From an uncultured Actinomycetota bacterium (GTDB lineage Bacteria > Actinomycetota > Actinomycetes > Jiangellales > Jiangellaceae), in the NCBI GenBank assembly GCA_963757805.1, contig CAVWSM010000008.1, positions 2,969 through 66,968 of the forward strand: DNA of 64,000 nucleotides, read 5' to 3'. Under the pieces are notes generated by a model. It ran no database searches and was not told where the DNA came from. It saw nothing but the letters and a program-made list of their open reading frames with translations. Below are positions 50,552-58,566 of the stretch, one piece after another. Numbering within the stretch: the stretch's first letter is position 1; each line of letters opens with the position of its first letter. The position numbers were made by a program, and so were the translations under genes.

Positions 50552-50726
50552 CGCTCGACGTCGGCTGTCTCGATGAGCTCGGCCTGTTGCGCTGTTTGGA
50601 CGATGCGCTCGATCTGTTCTCGCTCGTACGGTCCCCGGTCTGGATCTTGTCGAGGATCAACTGCGTGCGCCGCACTCTCGCGCTTCTCTCCCAGGCGATC
50701 TTCTGCCGCTTCGGTTGCGCAGTCAT
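50548..50726 (-). pseudogene. island small protein, about 58 aa, first gene of the leftward operon, frame-disrupted as assembled
   Basis: ATG at 50726 gives MTAQPKRQKIAWERSARVRRTQLILDKIQT. After the GGGG run at 50633-50636 the sensible continuation GPYEREQIERIVQTAQQAELIETADVER is in another frame. That frame ends in an ATGA overlap with the next ORF. Confidence 0.4.
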
Positions 50727-50832
50727 ACTGAGCTCGTCAACGTTCGTCACGCGCCCAGTGTGTGAGCACAATCGCGAAGGCAGTAGTCGTGATTTGCAGT
50801 GCGCCAACGCGAACAGTGGACGCGTTTCGCGC

Positions 50833-50951
50833 ACTTGAAGTCGGTACATGTCGTGACTTGAAGTTGCGTGCCGAATCTTGGCGAGTCACGAAGTGACGCA
50901 CCAGGAACGCTTGTGCACACCTTGACGGATTCGACGAATCGAACGCCGTTC
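50833..50951. promoter_or_regulatory. cluster of short palindromes in the recombinase/operon intergenic region
   Basis: ACTTGAAGT occurs twice (50833-50841 and 50856-50864). Other palindromes are GTCACgaaGTGAC (50885-50897), GATTCGaCGAATC (50928-50940) and GAACGcCGTTC (50941-50951). The region is AT-richer. Confidence 0.4.
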
Positions 50952-51016
50952 GCGACACACGACCACGGAAGCGCCGCCAGCTCGACGTCTGACGGCACTT
51001 CGTGAGCGGGACGAGC

Positions 51017-52522
51017 TCAGTCGTTGAGCTCGAACCTGTCGGCGCTGCCGCGTGCGCCCCGGTACAGAATGAAGCCCCTCGGGATCGCCCGCGTGATCAT
51101 CGCTCGCCGCTCGGCAGGGGTGGTGCGCTCGTCGTCCCAGAGCGCAGAAACAGCGTCCTCACTCTCAGCTTGCGCGTGCTCGTCAGCACCCGCCTTCAAC
51201 AGCTCGTCACGCTCGGCTGTCAGCTTCGCGAGCCGCGCATCAAGCGGCGCTGCCGCAGCGTCGTAACGATCGAGCGCTATCTCTTCGCGCCCGAGCCGGT
51301 CAGCGAGCGTGACAGCCAGCTGCTCCGCTTGGGCGATCTTCGCTGACACAGCTGCGACAGCTCGCGAGCGTCGAGCGATCTGCTCGGCGTGCTTCGGATC
51401 GGACAGCCGCTTGATCACTCTGTCGCGCACCCAGCGCTCCGCGATACGCGCATCGATCTGTTGGCCGCATGACTTGCAGCGGTAGATGCGACGCGGCTGC
51501 CCGTCGTCGTACGTGTCGCGGCTCGTGCCGGGTCTGATCATCCCCGACAGGCCACGCTTGCAGTCGCCGCAGCGACCGACACCGGACAGGATGTGATCGC
51601 CGCTGTAAGGACGTCCGCGACGACGAGCTGCGAACGACGACGCGATCTGCTCGAAGCGGTCGACACTGATGATCGGCTGCACGTTCGTCGCTGTGCGCAG
51701 CGCACCCGGCTGGGCCTCGTACAGACCCGCGTGTCGCGGGTTGTTGAGCGCCTTCGCGACTGTCAGCCCGTCCCACTTGCGCCCGATCGTCGTTGTCAGC
51801 CCTGCAGCGTTCCAGCTGCGTGCGATCGCTGCCAGCGTCTCCCCCTGATCCAGGTACGCGTCGATCGCTTCGACGAGCGCAGCACGCTCCCGCTCGACGA
51901 GCTCGGCGTCTGTCCCCTTGCCGGGGTGCCCGAACGCACGCTGTCCGTTGCCCATGACGCTCGCCTCCCGTCGTGCTGCTGCCTTGCGCCGCTGACGGCG
52001 ACTGGTGTTGTCGCTCTCTTTGCACGCGGCAGCTGTCAGCACGCGCAGCGTGAAGCGATCATCAGAGCTCGCGAGGTCGTACTCACCGAAGCAGCTCGCG
52101 ACGGTCAGCCCGCTGTCAGCGAGCGCGATCAGCACTTCGAGGTCGAACGGCTGGCGCATCAGCCGGTCGGTGTGCCAGACGACGACACCCTGCGCTTGAC
52201 GGTTCTTCAGCCGATCGACGAGCTCGTCCCACCCGGGACGCTTGCGATTGCGCTGCCACGCGCTCTTGTTGTCGTCACGCAGCACCCGCCCGAGACGTGC
52301 GCCACGACGCTCGACTTCACGCAGACAGTCGAGCAGCTGCCGGTCCGTCTTCTCCGTCTCGTCATCTTCGTTGTCGGGGTTGCGCGAGATGCGCGCAGAC
52401 GCGTCGAGCACGTCTGCCGAGGCGAACACCGGGTCGTGATCACGCTCGCGCAGACGTGCCGCGACGACATGCCAGCTGTCGTTGGTCGAGCTAGGTTGAT
52501 CTTGTTTCAGAGTCGCTGTCAT
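51017..52522 (-). CDS. large serine recombinase (resolvase catalytic domain, recombinase domain, zinc ribbon, coiled coil)
   Basis: ATG at 52522 (MTATLKQDQ...). The catalytic region is ASARISRNPDNEDDETEKTDRQ...RPGWDELVDRLKNRQAQGVVVWHTDRLMRQ. The recombinase domain includes LAAIARSWNAAGLTT...WDGLTVAKALNNPRHAGL. The zinc ribbon is RCGDCKRGL...YRCKSCGQ, followed by a long helical C-terminus. Confidence 0.9.
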   Translation of the reverse strand: MTATLKQDQPSSTNDSWHVVAARLRERDHDPVFASADVLDASARISRNPDNEDDETEKTDRQLLDCLREVERRGARLGRVLRDDNKSAWQRNRKRPGWDELVDRLKNRQAQGVVVWHTDRLMRQPFDLEVLIALADSGLTVASCFGEYDLASSDDRFTLRVLTAAACKESDNTSRRQRRKAAARREASVMGNGQRAFGHPGKGTDAELVERERAALVEAIDAYLDQGETLAAIARSWNAAGLTTTIGRKWDGLTVAKALNNPRHAGLYEAQPGALRTATNVQPIISVDRFEQIASSFAARRRGRPYSGDHILSGVGRCGDCKRGLSGMIRPGTSRDTYDDGQPRRIYRCKSCGQQIDARIAERWVRDRVIKRLSDPKHAEQIARRSRAVAAVSAKIAQAEQLAVTLADRLGREEIALDRYDAAAAPLDARLAKLTAERDELLKAGADEHAQAESEDAVSALWDDERTTPAERRAMITRAIPRGFILYRGARGSADRFELND

Positions 52523-52539
52523 GCAGCAAGTCTGAAGAG

Positions 52540-52551
52540 CACCTATATGCA
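52540..52551 (+). repeat. right terminal inverted repeat CACCTATATGCA
   Basis: It is the reverse complement of 45981-45992. It lies 18 nt inside the right direct repeat and 18 nt upstream of the recombinase start codon. Confidence 0.75.
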
Positions 52552-52569
52552 TGGTCTACAGGTCTGTCA

Positions 52570-52589
52570 GAGGGTGCCCCTGCGCCAAT
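52570..52589 (+). repeat. right junction direct repeat (attR core candidate)
   Basis: GAGGGTGCCCCTGCGCCAAT, identical to 45951-45970. Confidence 0.8.
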
Positions 52590-52621
52590 CCTGGGTTGGC
52601 TGAGGGCGGCCCTGCGCCAAT
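52590..52621 (+). repeat. third, variant copy of the target palindrome unit (CCTGGGTTGGCTGAGGGCGGCCCTGCGCCAAT)
   Basis: It differs from the left unit CCTGATTGGCTGAGGGTGCCCCTGCGCCAAT (45940-45970) at about 4 positions. It directly abuts the right direct repeat. It also pairs with GGCGCAGGGAGCCGCC (52629-52644) as a hairpin just after the phoX stop. Confidence 0.7.
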
Positions 52622-52655
52622 CAGCAGCGGCGCAGGGAGCCGCCCCCCTGTGGTC

Positions 52656-54707
52656 TCAAGCGCCGATGCGCCTACCCCTGCCGTGCCAGACATTGGCCAC
52701 ACCGGGCCGCGGGAAAGCGTGGGTGTGCGGCCAGAGGCTCCTTGGCGCCTCGAACGGCGGCAAGGGCGCGGTCTCACCGGGATGCTGCACTGCGACGAAA
52801 ACCGTGCGCCCGTCCTCGGTCACGAACGGGCCGCAGGTCTCGGCAAACAGCGGCATGGTGAGGAACTGCTGCACCTTGCCTCGGTCGCGACCTGCCACGG
52901 GGACCGCGAACAGGCCGTCGTTGGAGCCGAGCACGTTGCCGTCCGTGGAGATCCACAGGTTGCCAGCTGGGTCGAACGTGACGTTGTCCGGGGCCGAGAT
53001 CGGACTGACCTGGTCCTTGGGGAAGCCGGCGAAGTAGCTCTCCTCCGCCTCGGGGTCACCACAGACGAGGAACAGGTTCCAGCTGAACGTCGTCGCCGCG
53101 GCGTCGTTGCGACGCTCGGCGAGCTCGAGCACATAGCCGTTGCGGTTGCCACTCTGCTGCACCAGCGGCGCGCCCAAGGACGGCCGGGTGTGGCTCATCG
53201 TGATTGGGTTGGCCGCGTCCGGGAGCGGGGTGTTGCTGGTCGGGTTGCCACGGTTGGAGTTGTTGGTGAGCGCCATGTAGACGTTGCCGTTGACGGGGTT
53301 GCGCTCGACGTCCTCCGGCCGGTCCATCCGCGTCGCCGCTACGGTGTCAGCGGCGAGCCGGGTGTTGATCAGCACCTCCGCGACGGAGAAGTCCGGGACG
53401 AACGACTCGGTGTCGCTCGTCAGCGGAATCCACTCACCGCTGCCGTCGAAAGGCAGGTCCTGAGGCAACGCACCCGAGAACTTCGCGACATAGAGCGTGC
53501 CGTGGTCGAGCAGCGACATGTTGTGCCGACGGTCCCAGCCGCGGTAGCGGTCGCGCGAGACGAACTTGTAGAGATAGTCGCCGCGCTCGTCGTCTCCCGA
53601 GTAGGCCACGACGCGGCCGTCCCGCGCGATCGTCACAGTCGCCGCCTCGTGCTTGAAGCGGCCGAGCATGGAGCGCTTCTTGGGGGTCGAGTCGGGGTCG
53701 TAGGGATCGATCTCGACGATCCAGCCGAACTTGTAGGCCTCGGTCGGGTTGGTGCCGAGGTCGAACCGGGGATCCGCATCACTCCATCGGCGCGACTCCA
53801 AACCGGCAGTGGTCCTGATGCCGTAGCGCGTGAAGCTAGTGGCGTGCTCGGACGCGACGGCCACCGAGGCGTCGAAGTACTGGTTGAAGTTCTCCTCGCC
53901 CGAGAGCACGGTGCCCCACGGCGTGGTACCACCGGAGCAGTTGTTCAACGTCCCGAGGACGTCACCCGCGAGCCGCCCGTCGCCGGCTGCAGGGCCGGTG
54001 ATCTCCATCGGCGTGTTGGCCGTGATGCGCCGGTTGAACCGGTCGGCACCCGGGACGGGCAGCCACTGCCCGCGATGCCGGTCGCGCTCGATCTCGACGA
54101 TCGACAACCCGTGCGCGGCCATGGCGACATGAGCCTGCGCCACGAGGTCGTACGCCCCGGTCGGAAACATGAGGGGCTCGTCGGTGTACTCGTGGTTGAC
54201 CACGAGCAGCGCCCGCTCCTTGCCGCGGACGTGCTTGAGCGGGAGCACGCTGACGTAGTCGCAGTTGTAGCCGAACTGCATGGCCTGTGCCTCGGGCGTC
54301 TGCGCAGCCGGGTCGAACGCCGGCGCGCCGGCGACTACGGGGTCGCCCCACGCGATGACGAGCGCCTGCTCGTAGCCGGCCGGGATCGTGATGTTGTCGA
54401 GGTTATTGGGGGGAACGGGGGTGAACCCGAATCCGCCGCCGCTGCTATGTTCGCTTCCCTTCGCCGCCGCCGGCACGACCTGCAGCGCGCCCAGGCCCGC
54501 GGCCGCTGCGCCGACAGCACCGGCCTTGAGCACCGATCGGCGAGCGATGACACCTTCGAGGATGGTCTGGATGTGTTCGTTACCCGACGTATTCGGCTCG
54601 GGGTGGAAACAGGCGTTGCCACATCGGAAGTGACAGGTTGCCGCACTGCGTGAGCCGTGCGGGCCGAACAGGGGGAGCAGGCGACGCCGATCGGTCGGGA
54701 CGGTCAT
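52656..54707 (-). CDS. phoX: alkaline phosphatase PhoX (DUF839 family), Tat-secreted
   Basis: ATG at 54707 after AAGGAGA. Features are the CHFRCGNACFHPEPNTSGNE segment, the Tat-type signal RRSVLKAGAVGAAAAGLGAL and a beta-propeller-like body (VVNHEYTDE, GTTPWGTVLSGEEN). The upstream part of ORF 52656..54926 was rejected. Confidence 0.85.
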   Translation of the reverse strand: MTVPTDRRRLLPLFGPHGSRSAATCHFRCGNACFHPEPNTSGNEHIQTILEGVIARRSVLKAGAVGAAAAGLGALQVVPAAAKGSEHSSGGGFGFTPVPPNNLDNITIPAGYEQALVIAWGDPVVAGAPAFDPAAQTPEAQAMQFGYNCDYVSVLPLKHVRGKERALLVVNHEYTDEPLMFPTGAYDLVAQAHVAMAAHGLSIVEIERDRHRGQWLPVPGADRFNRRITANTPMEITGPAAGDGRLAGDVLGTLNNCSGGTTPWGTVLSGEENFNQYFDASVAVASEHATSFTRYGIRTTAGLESRRWSDADPRFDLGTNPTEAYKFGWIVEIDPYDPDSTPKKRSMLGRFKHEAATVTIARDGRVVAYSGDDERGDYLYKFVSRDRYRGWDRRHNMSLLDHGTLYVAKFSGALPQDLPFDGSGEWIPLTSDTESFVPDFSVAEVLINTRLAADTVAATRMDRPEDVERNPVNGNVYMALTNNSNRGNPTSNTPLPDAANPITMSHTRPSLGAPLVQQSGNRNGYVLELAERRNDAAATTFSWNLFLVCGDPEAEESYFAGFPKDQVSPISAPDNVTFDPAGNLWISTDGNVLGSNDGLFAVPVAGRDRGKVQQFLTMPLFAETCGPFVTEDGRTVFVAVQHPGETAPLPPFEAPRSLWPHTHAFPRPGVANVWHGRGRRIGA

Positions 54708-54786
54708 CGAGTTCTCCTTGCCAGCGGGGGACGTCCGTCGCGACGCTAGGAACCCGCCCTGAAATTCGTCAATCCCGCAAGCAGCG

Positions 54787-54808
54787 AGTTGGTGAACGGC
54801 GGGTGACT
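54787..54808 (-). promoter_or_regulatory. candidate PHO box: two 11-nt direct repeat units AGTCACCCGCC GTTCACCAACT
   Basis: On the phoX coding strand, about 80-100 nt upstream of the start codon. The units resemble the GTTCACC-type 11-nt repeats bound by PhoP in Streptomyces. Confidence 0.4.
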
Positions 54809-55133
54809 GATGCAAGCCGTCAGACTCGGACGACGTCCGGCTCAGATTCGGGCACCGCAAGTCGCAGATTCCGCCGGTGGGCGCGCAGGGCGCCGTACGC
54901 GAACACCACGAGTGCGAGCCAGACAATCGTGAACGCCGCGATCCTCGCCGGTGGGCTCGCGCCGGATGGCCATACCGAAGATGAGCGTCAAACCACTTTG
55001 CTCATTACCTCCACACTGGAGAATCTTCGCCTCAAACCGTGTCGCACGCGGCGGTTGCCCGTTCGACGTCATGGTGACCGCGTCCGCCACGGCACTAGGG
55101 TCGAGGCGGCAAAGACTCGGAGGAGGACTGGTC

Positions 55134-55574
55134 GTGAAGGTCATGGTTCTGATCAAGGGCACCGCCGTGGACGAGGAGAAGATCACCCCGAGCGCGGAGA
55201 TGCTCCAGGAGATGGGCGCCTACAACGAGCGGCTGGTCAAGGCCGGCATCATGCTCGACGGGCAGGGCGTGCAGCCAAGCAGCAAGGGCGCCCAGGTCGT
55301 GTTTCAGGGCGGCGAGACGTCAGTCGTCGACGGCCCGTTCACCGAGTCGAAGGAGATCGTTGCCGGCTTCTGGATCTGGGAGGTCAGCTCGCTCGAGGAA
55401 GCCATCGAGTGGGCGAAGAAGTGCCCGTACGACCCGAAATACGGAGGGACGCAGATCCTGGAGGTGCGACCGGTCTTCAGCGCCGAGGACTTCGGCGCGG
55501 AGTACACCCCGGAGCAGCGGGACCACGACGCCCGGCTCGCGGAGGAGATCCGGGCGCAGCGCGGCGAGAGCTGA
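55134..55574 (+). CDS. YciI-like / DGPF domain protein
   Basis: GTG at 55134 after GGAGGAGG. Translation includes VKVMVLIKGTAVDEE...VVDGPFTESKEIVAGFWIWEVSSLEEAIEWAKKCP, which contains the DGPF motif. Confidence 0.85.
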   Translation: MKVMVLIKGTAVDEEKITPSAEMLQEMGAYNERLVKAGIMLDGQGVQPSSKGAQVVFQGGETSVVDGPFTESKEIVAGFWIWEVSSLEEAIEWAKKCPYDPKYGGTQILEVRPVFSAEDFGAEYTPEQRDHDARLAEEIRAQRGES

Positions 55575-55589
55575 GCACCTGGTCGGGCA

Positions 55590-56867
55590 ATGACTGACAT
55601 CGATCGGACGATCGAGGCCATCTGGCGGATCGAGTCACCCCGCCTGATTGCCACCCTTTCTCGACTCGTGCGTGACGTGGGGTTGGCCGAGGAGCTCGCT
55701 CAAGACGCGTTCGTCATCGCGCTCGAGCAGTGGCCGCAGAGCGGAATACCGCACAACCCTGGCGCGTGGCTCATGGGTACGGCCAAGCACCGAGCCATAG
55801 ACCTGGTGCGCCGCGAACGGGTGCGAGACGTCAAGTACGCACGGCTCGCCGCGGATCCGGCGGCGTCGGCGGCCGGTGTTGCGCCGGCCGCCGACGCCGT
55901 CACCGAGGACGCGGTAGGCGACGACCTGCTCTCCCTCGTCTTCGTCGCCTGCCACCCCGTGCTGCCACGCGCCTCCCGGGTTGCCCTCACGCTGCGACTG
56001 GTGGCTGGACTTACGACCGAGGAGATCGCGCGCGCGTTTCTCGTCCCACCAGCGACGCTGCGGCAGCGGATCTCGCGAGCCAAGCGCACGCTCGCCGAGG
56101 CACAGGTGCCGTTCGAGGTGCCGCAGGAGGACGAGCTGCCCGCGCGGCTGTCCACCGCGCTCGAGGTGATCTATCTCGTGTTCAACGAGGGGTACGCGGC
56201 GACGTCCGGCGAGGGCTGGGTGCGCCACGACCTCGCGGTGGAGGCGATGCGGCTGGGGCGCGTGCTCGCTGGCCTGCTCCCACGGGAGCCGGAGACGCAC
56301 GGACTCGTGGCGCTCATGGAGCTGCAAGCCTCGCGGTTTGGAGCGCGCACGCGTCCCGAAGGCGAGGTCGTCGTTCTCGCGGACCAGGACCGATCGCGGT
56401 GGGATCGTCTGCTGATCACGCATGGCCTTGCCGCGCTGGACCGGGCGATCGCCCTACGCAGCCCGCTTGGCCCGTACACACTGCAGGCCGCTATTGCGGC
56501 GTGCCACGCGCGCGCCGCCGACTTTGCGCACACCGACTGGGAGGCGATCGTCGCGCTGTACGACGCATTGGCGCAGATCGCGCCGTCGCCGGTGGTCGAG
56601 CTCAACCGTGCGGTCGCGGTGCTGTACGCCGATGGTCCGGGTGCCGCGCTGGCGGTGCTCGACGCGATCGCTGACGACCCGCGGCTGGCTGGTTACCACC
56701 TCCTAGGGGCCGTGCGCGCGGATGTGCTTACCCGCCTCGGACGCCACTTCGAGGCTGCCGAAGCGCTCGAGCACGCGGCAACCCTGGCGCCCACGCAGCG
56801 GGAGCGCCGGCTCCTCAAAGGCCGTGCTGCGGCCGCTGCGGAACGCGCCACCGTCTTCACTCCTTGA
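55590..56867 (+). CDS. ECF sigma factor with long C-terminal TPR-like extension (ECF42-type)
   Basis: 425 aa. Sigma-2 is LAEELAQDAFVIALEQWP...NPGAWLMGTAKHRAIDLVRR. Sigma-4 is LTLRLVAGLTTEEIARAFLVPPATLRQRISRAKRTL. A helical extension of about 230 aa follows. The gene lies directly downstream of a DGPF gene. Confidence 0.85.
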   Translation: MTDIDRTIEAIWRIESPRLIATLSRLVRDVGLAEELAQDAFVIALEQWPQSGIPHNPGAWLMGTAKHRAIDLVRRERVRDVKYARLAADPAASAAGVAPAADAVTEDAVGDDLLSLVFVACHPVLPRASRVALTLRLVAGLTTEEIARAFLVPPATLRQRISRAKRTLAEAQVPFEVPQEDELPARLSTALEVIYLVFNEGYAATSGEGWVRHDLAVEAMRLGRVLAGLLPREPETHGLVALMELQASRFGARTRPEGEVVVLADQDRSRWDRLLITHGLAALDRAIALRSPLGPYTLQAAIAACHARAADFAHTDWEAIVALYDALAQIAPSPVVELNRAVAVLYADGPGAALAVLDAIADDPRLAGYHLLGAVRADVLTRLGRHFEAAEALEHAATLAPTQRERRLLKGRAAAAAERATVFTP

Positions 56868-57660
56868 TAGAGCCTTCGAGCATCCCCTGCACGAAGTGCC
56901 GTTGCAGCCACAGATAGACGACGACGATCGGGAACGCCACGATCACCGCACCCGCTGCGAGCAGCCCGAAGTCCGATGTGTGTTGACCCTGGAAGAAGGA
57001 CAACCCGAGCGGCGCGGTGCGCAGCGACTCCGACGTGACCATCACGAGGGGCAGCAGGAACTCGTTCCACGTCCACATGAAGACGAGCACGGTCATCGTG
57101 AGGATCGCTGGGCGCCCCATCGGTGCGAGCACCCGCCAGAGCACCTGCCAGTGCGACGCACCGTCGAGCCGCGCTGCCTCGACTACATCCCGGCTGCTCG
57201 AACGGAAGTAGCTGGTCATCCAGAACGTGCCGAATGCCACTGACTGGGCGGCCTGGGGCAGCACCAAAGCCCAGTAGGTGTTGGTGAGCCCTAGGTCACG
57301 CAGATCGAAGTAGAGCGGGATGACTATCGCCTCGCTGGGGACGGTGATGCCGAGCACGAACAGGTAGTACAGCCAGGTGCGCCCGCGGAAACGCATCGTG
57401 CCGAACGCGTACCCGCTCATCACTGACAGCGCGACGGCAGCGACGACAACCACGACGGCGACGATCGCGCTGGTGCGCAGGTAGGTGCCGAACCGGCCCA
57501 GCTCCCACGCATCGGCGATGTTGCCAAGTCCGATGCCCGTCTCCCCTTGGGTCTCAGGGGTGAGCGCGGCGCCGAGGATGCCAAGCACCGGGTAGAGCGA
57601 GAATGCCGCGAACAGGCCCAGGATGAGGTAGCCCGCCGCGCGTTCCGACCGAGAGATCAT
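56857..57660 (-). CDS. carbohydrate ABC transporter permease
   Basis: ATG at 57660 (MISRSERAAGYLILGLF...). The EAA loop is DVVEAARLDGASHWQVLWRVLAPMGRP. The upstream part of ORF 56857..58017 was rejected. Confidence 0.9.
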   Translation of the reverse strand: MISRSERAAGYLILGLFAAFSLYPVLGILGAALTPETQGETGIGLGNIADAWELGRFGTYLRTSAIVAVVVVVAAVALSVMSGYAFGTMRFRGRTWLYYLFVLGITVPSEAIVIPLYFDLRDLGLTNTYWALVLPQAAQSVAFGTFWMTSYFRSSSRDVVEAARLDGASHWQVLWRVLAPMGRPAILTMTVLVFMWTWNEFLLPLVMVTSESLRTAPLGLSFFQGQHTSDFGLLAAGAVIVAFPIVVVYLWLQRHFVQGMLEGSIKE

Positions 57661-58566
57661 GCCGGCTCCCGGCCGATGCGCGTGATGAGCCATGACAACC
57701 CGAAGATGACGGCGGTCAGTGTGACCGCGACCGCGCATGCCGAGCCGACCCGGCCAAGCTCGAATGCGCGGTGGTAGACCTCGTACGACGGCACAGACGT
57801 GCTGTTGCCTGGTCCCCCGCGCGTCGTGTTGTAGATCAGGTCGAACGTGCGCAGCGCGGCGACCACGGTGAGGGTGAGTGCGACCGCGAGCTCGCCGCGC
57901 AGCGATGGCAGCGTGACGGCACGGAATTCGCGTACGGCGCCGGCGCCGTCGAGCCGCGCCGCCTCGTACAGGTCGCGGGGGATGCGGCTCATTCCGGCGA
58001 GGAACAGCACGATGCACAAGCCCGTACCGACCCAGGTGCCCACGAAACCAACCGCCGGTAGCGCTGTCGCATAGTCACCAAGCCACGCGCGAGTAAGCCC
58101 GTCGAGCCCCACGAGCTCGAGCACGTCGTTGAGCGTTCCCTCGGGTGCGTAGATGCGACGCCACGCGATGGCGACCACAACCATCGCGATCACTTGCGGG
58201 AGGAACAGTACGGTGCGGAAGAAGCTGAGCCCGCGCATGCGCGCACGGGTCATGACGGCGGCGACCAGGAGCCCGAGAAACGGCGGGCAGCACGGCGTAG
58301 AACACGATGAGCACGAGGGCATGGACGAACGATTCACGCAGGGCTTCGTCGGTGACGACGTCTAGGTAGTTGTCGAGGCCGACCCAGGTGCCGACGCCGA
58401 GCCCGTCCCAGTCGTAGAGCGAGAACCACGCGCCCCGGATGAGCGGCCAGAGCACGAAGGCCGCGTAAAGCACGAACGCGGGCAGCAGGTAGGCGTACGC
58501 GACCCTCCGCGGCTCGCCCGGTGATCCTGACCCCCGCCGTGCAGCGCGCGCGTCAGCCACCGCCAC
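57657..58566 (-). pseudogene. carbohydrate ABC transporter permease, frame-disrupted as assembled
   Basis: The N-terminus is in ORF 58075..58566 (...AYLLPAFVLYAAFVLWPLIRGAWFSLYDWDG...FVHALVLIVFYAVLP). The remainder is in ORF 57657..58337 (FLGLLVAAVMTRARMRGLSFFRTVLFLPQV...EAARLDGAGAVREF). The switch lies at about 58280-58290. Confidence 0.85.

Larger units (their letters stand above)
45951..52589. mobile_element. 6.6-kb integrated island mobilised by a large serine recombinase
   Basis: Perfect 20-bp direct repeats GAGGGTGCCCCTGCGCCAAT lie at 45951-45970 and 52570-52589, 6,619 bp apart. 12-bp inverted repeats lie just inside each. A large serine recombinase gene is at the right end. The island sits between the convergent host genes GH15 and phoX. 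GC is visibly lower and codon usage differs. Many small ORFs are packed with 4-nt stop/start overlaps. Confidence 0.8.

Noticed and set aside
45951-52589. The island as a prophage or as a classical actinomycete integrative conjugative element (AICE).
   Set aside because: No terminase, portal, capsid or tail-like proteins are present, nor any Rep, FtsK/TraB-like translocase, Nudix or relaxase-like proteins. At 6.6 kb it is too small for either.
54820-55000. A possible small membrane protein (...IAAFTIVWLALVVFAYGALRAHRRNLRLAVPESEPDVVRV) on the minus strand upstream of phoX.
   Set aside because: That frame has no start codon before the hydrophobic segment. It would require yet another frameshift from the ATG at about 54972. 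This is too speculative to annotate.
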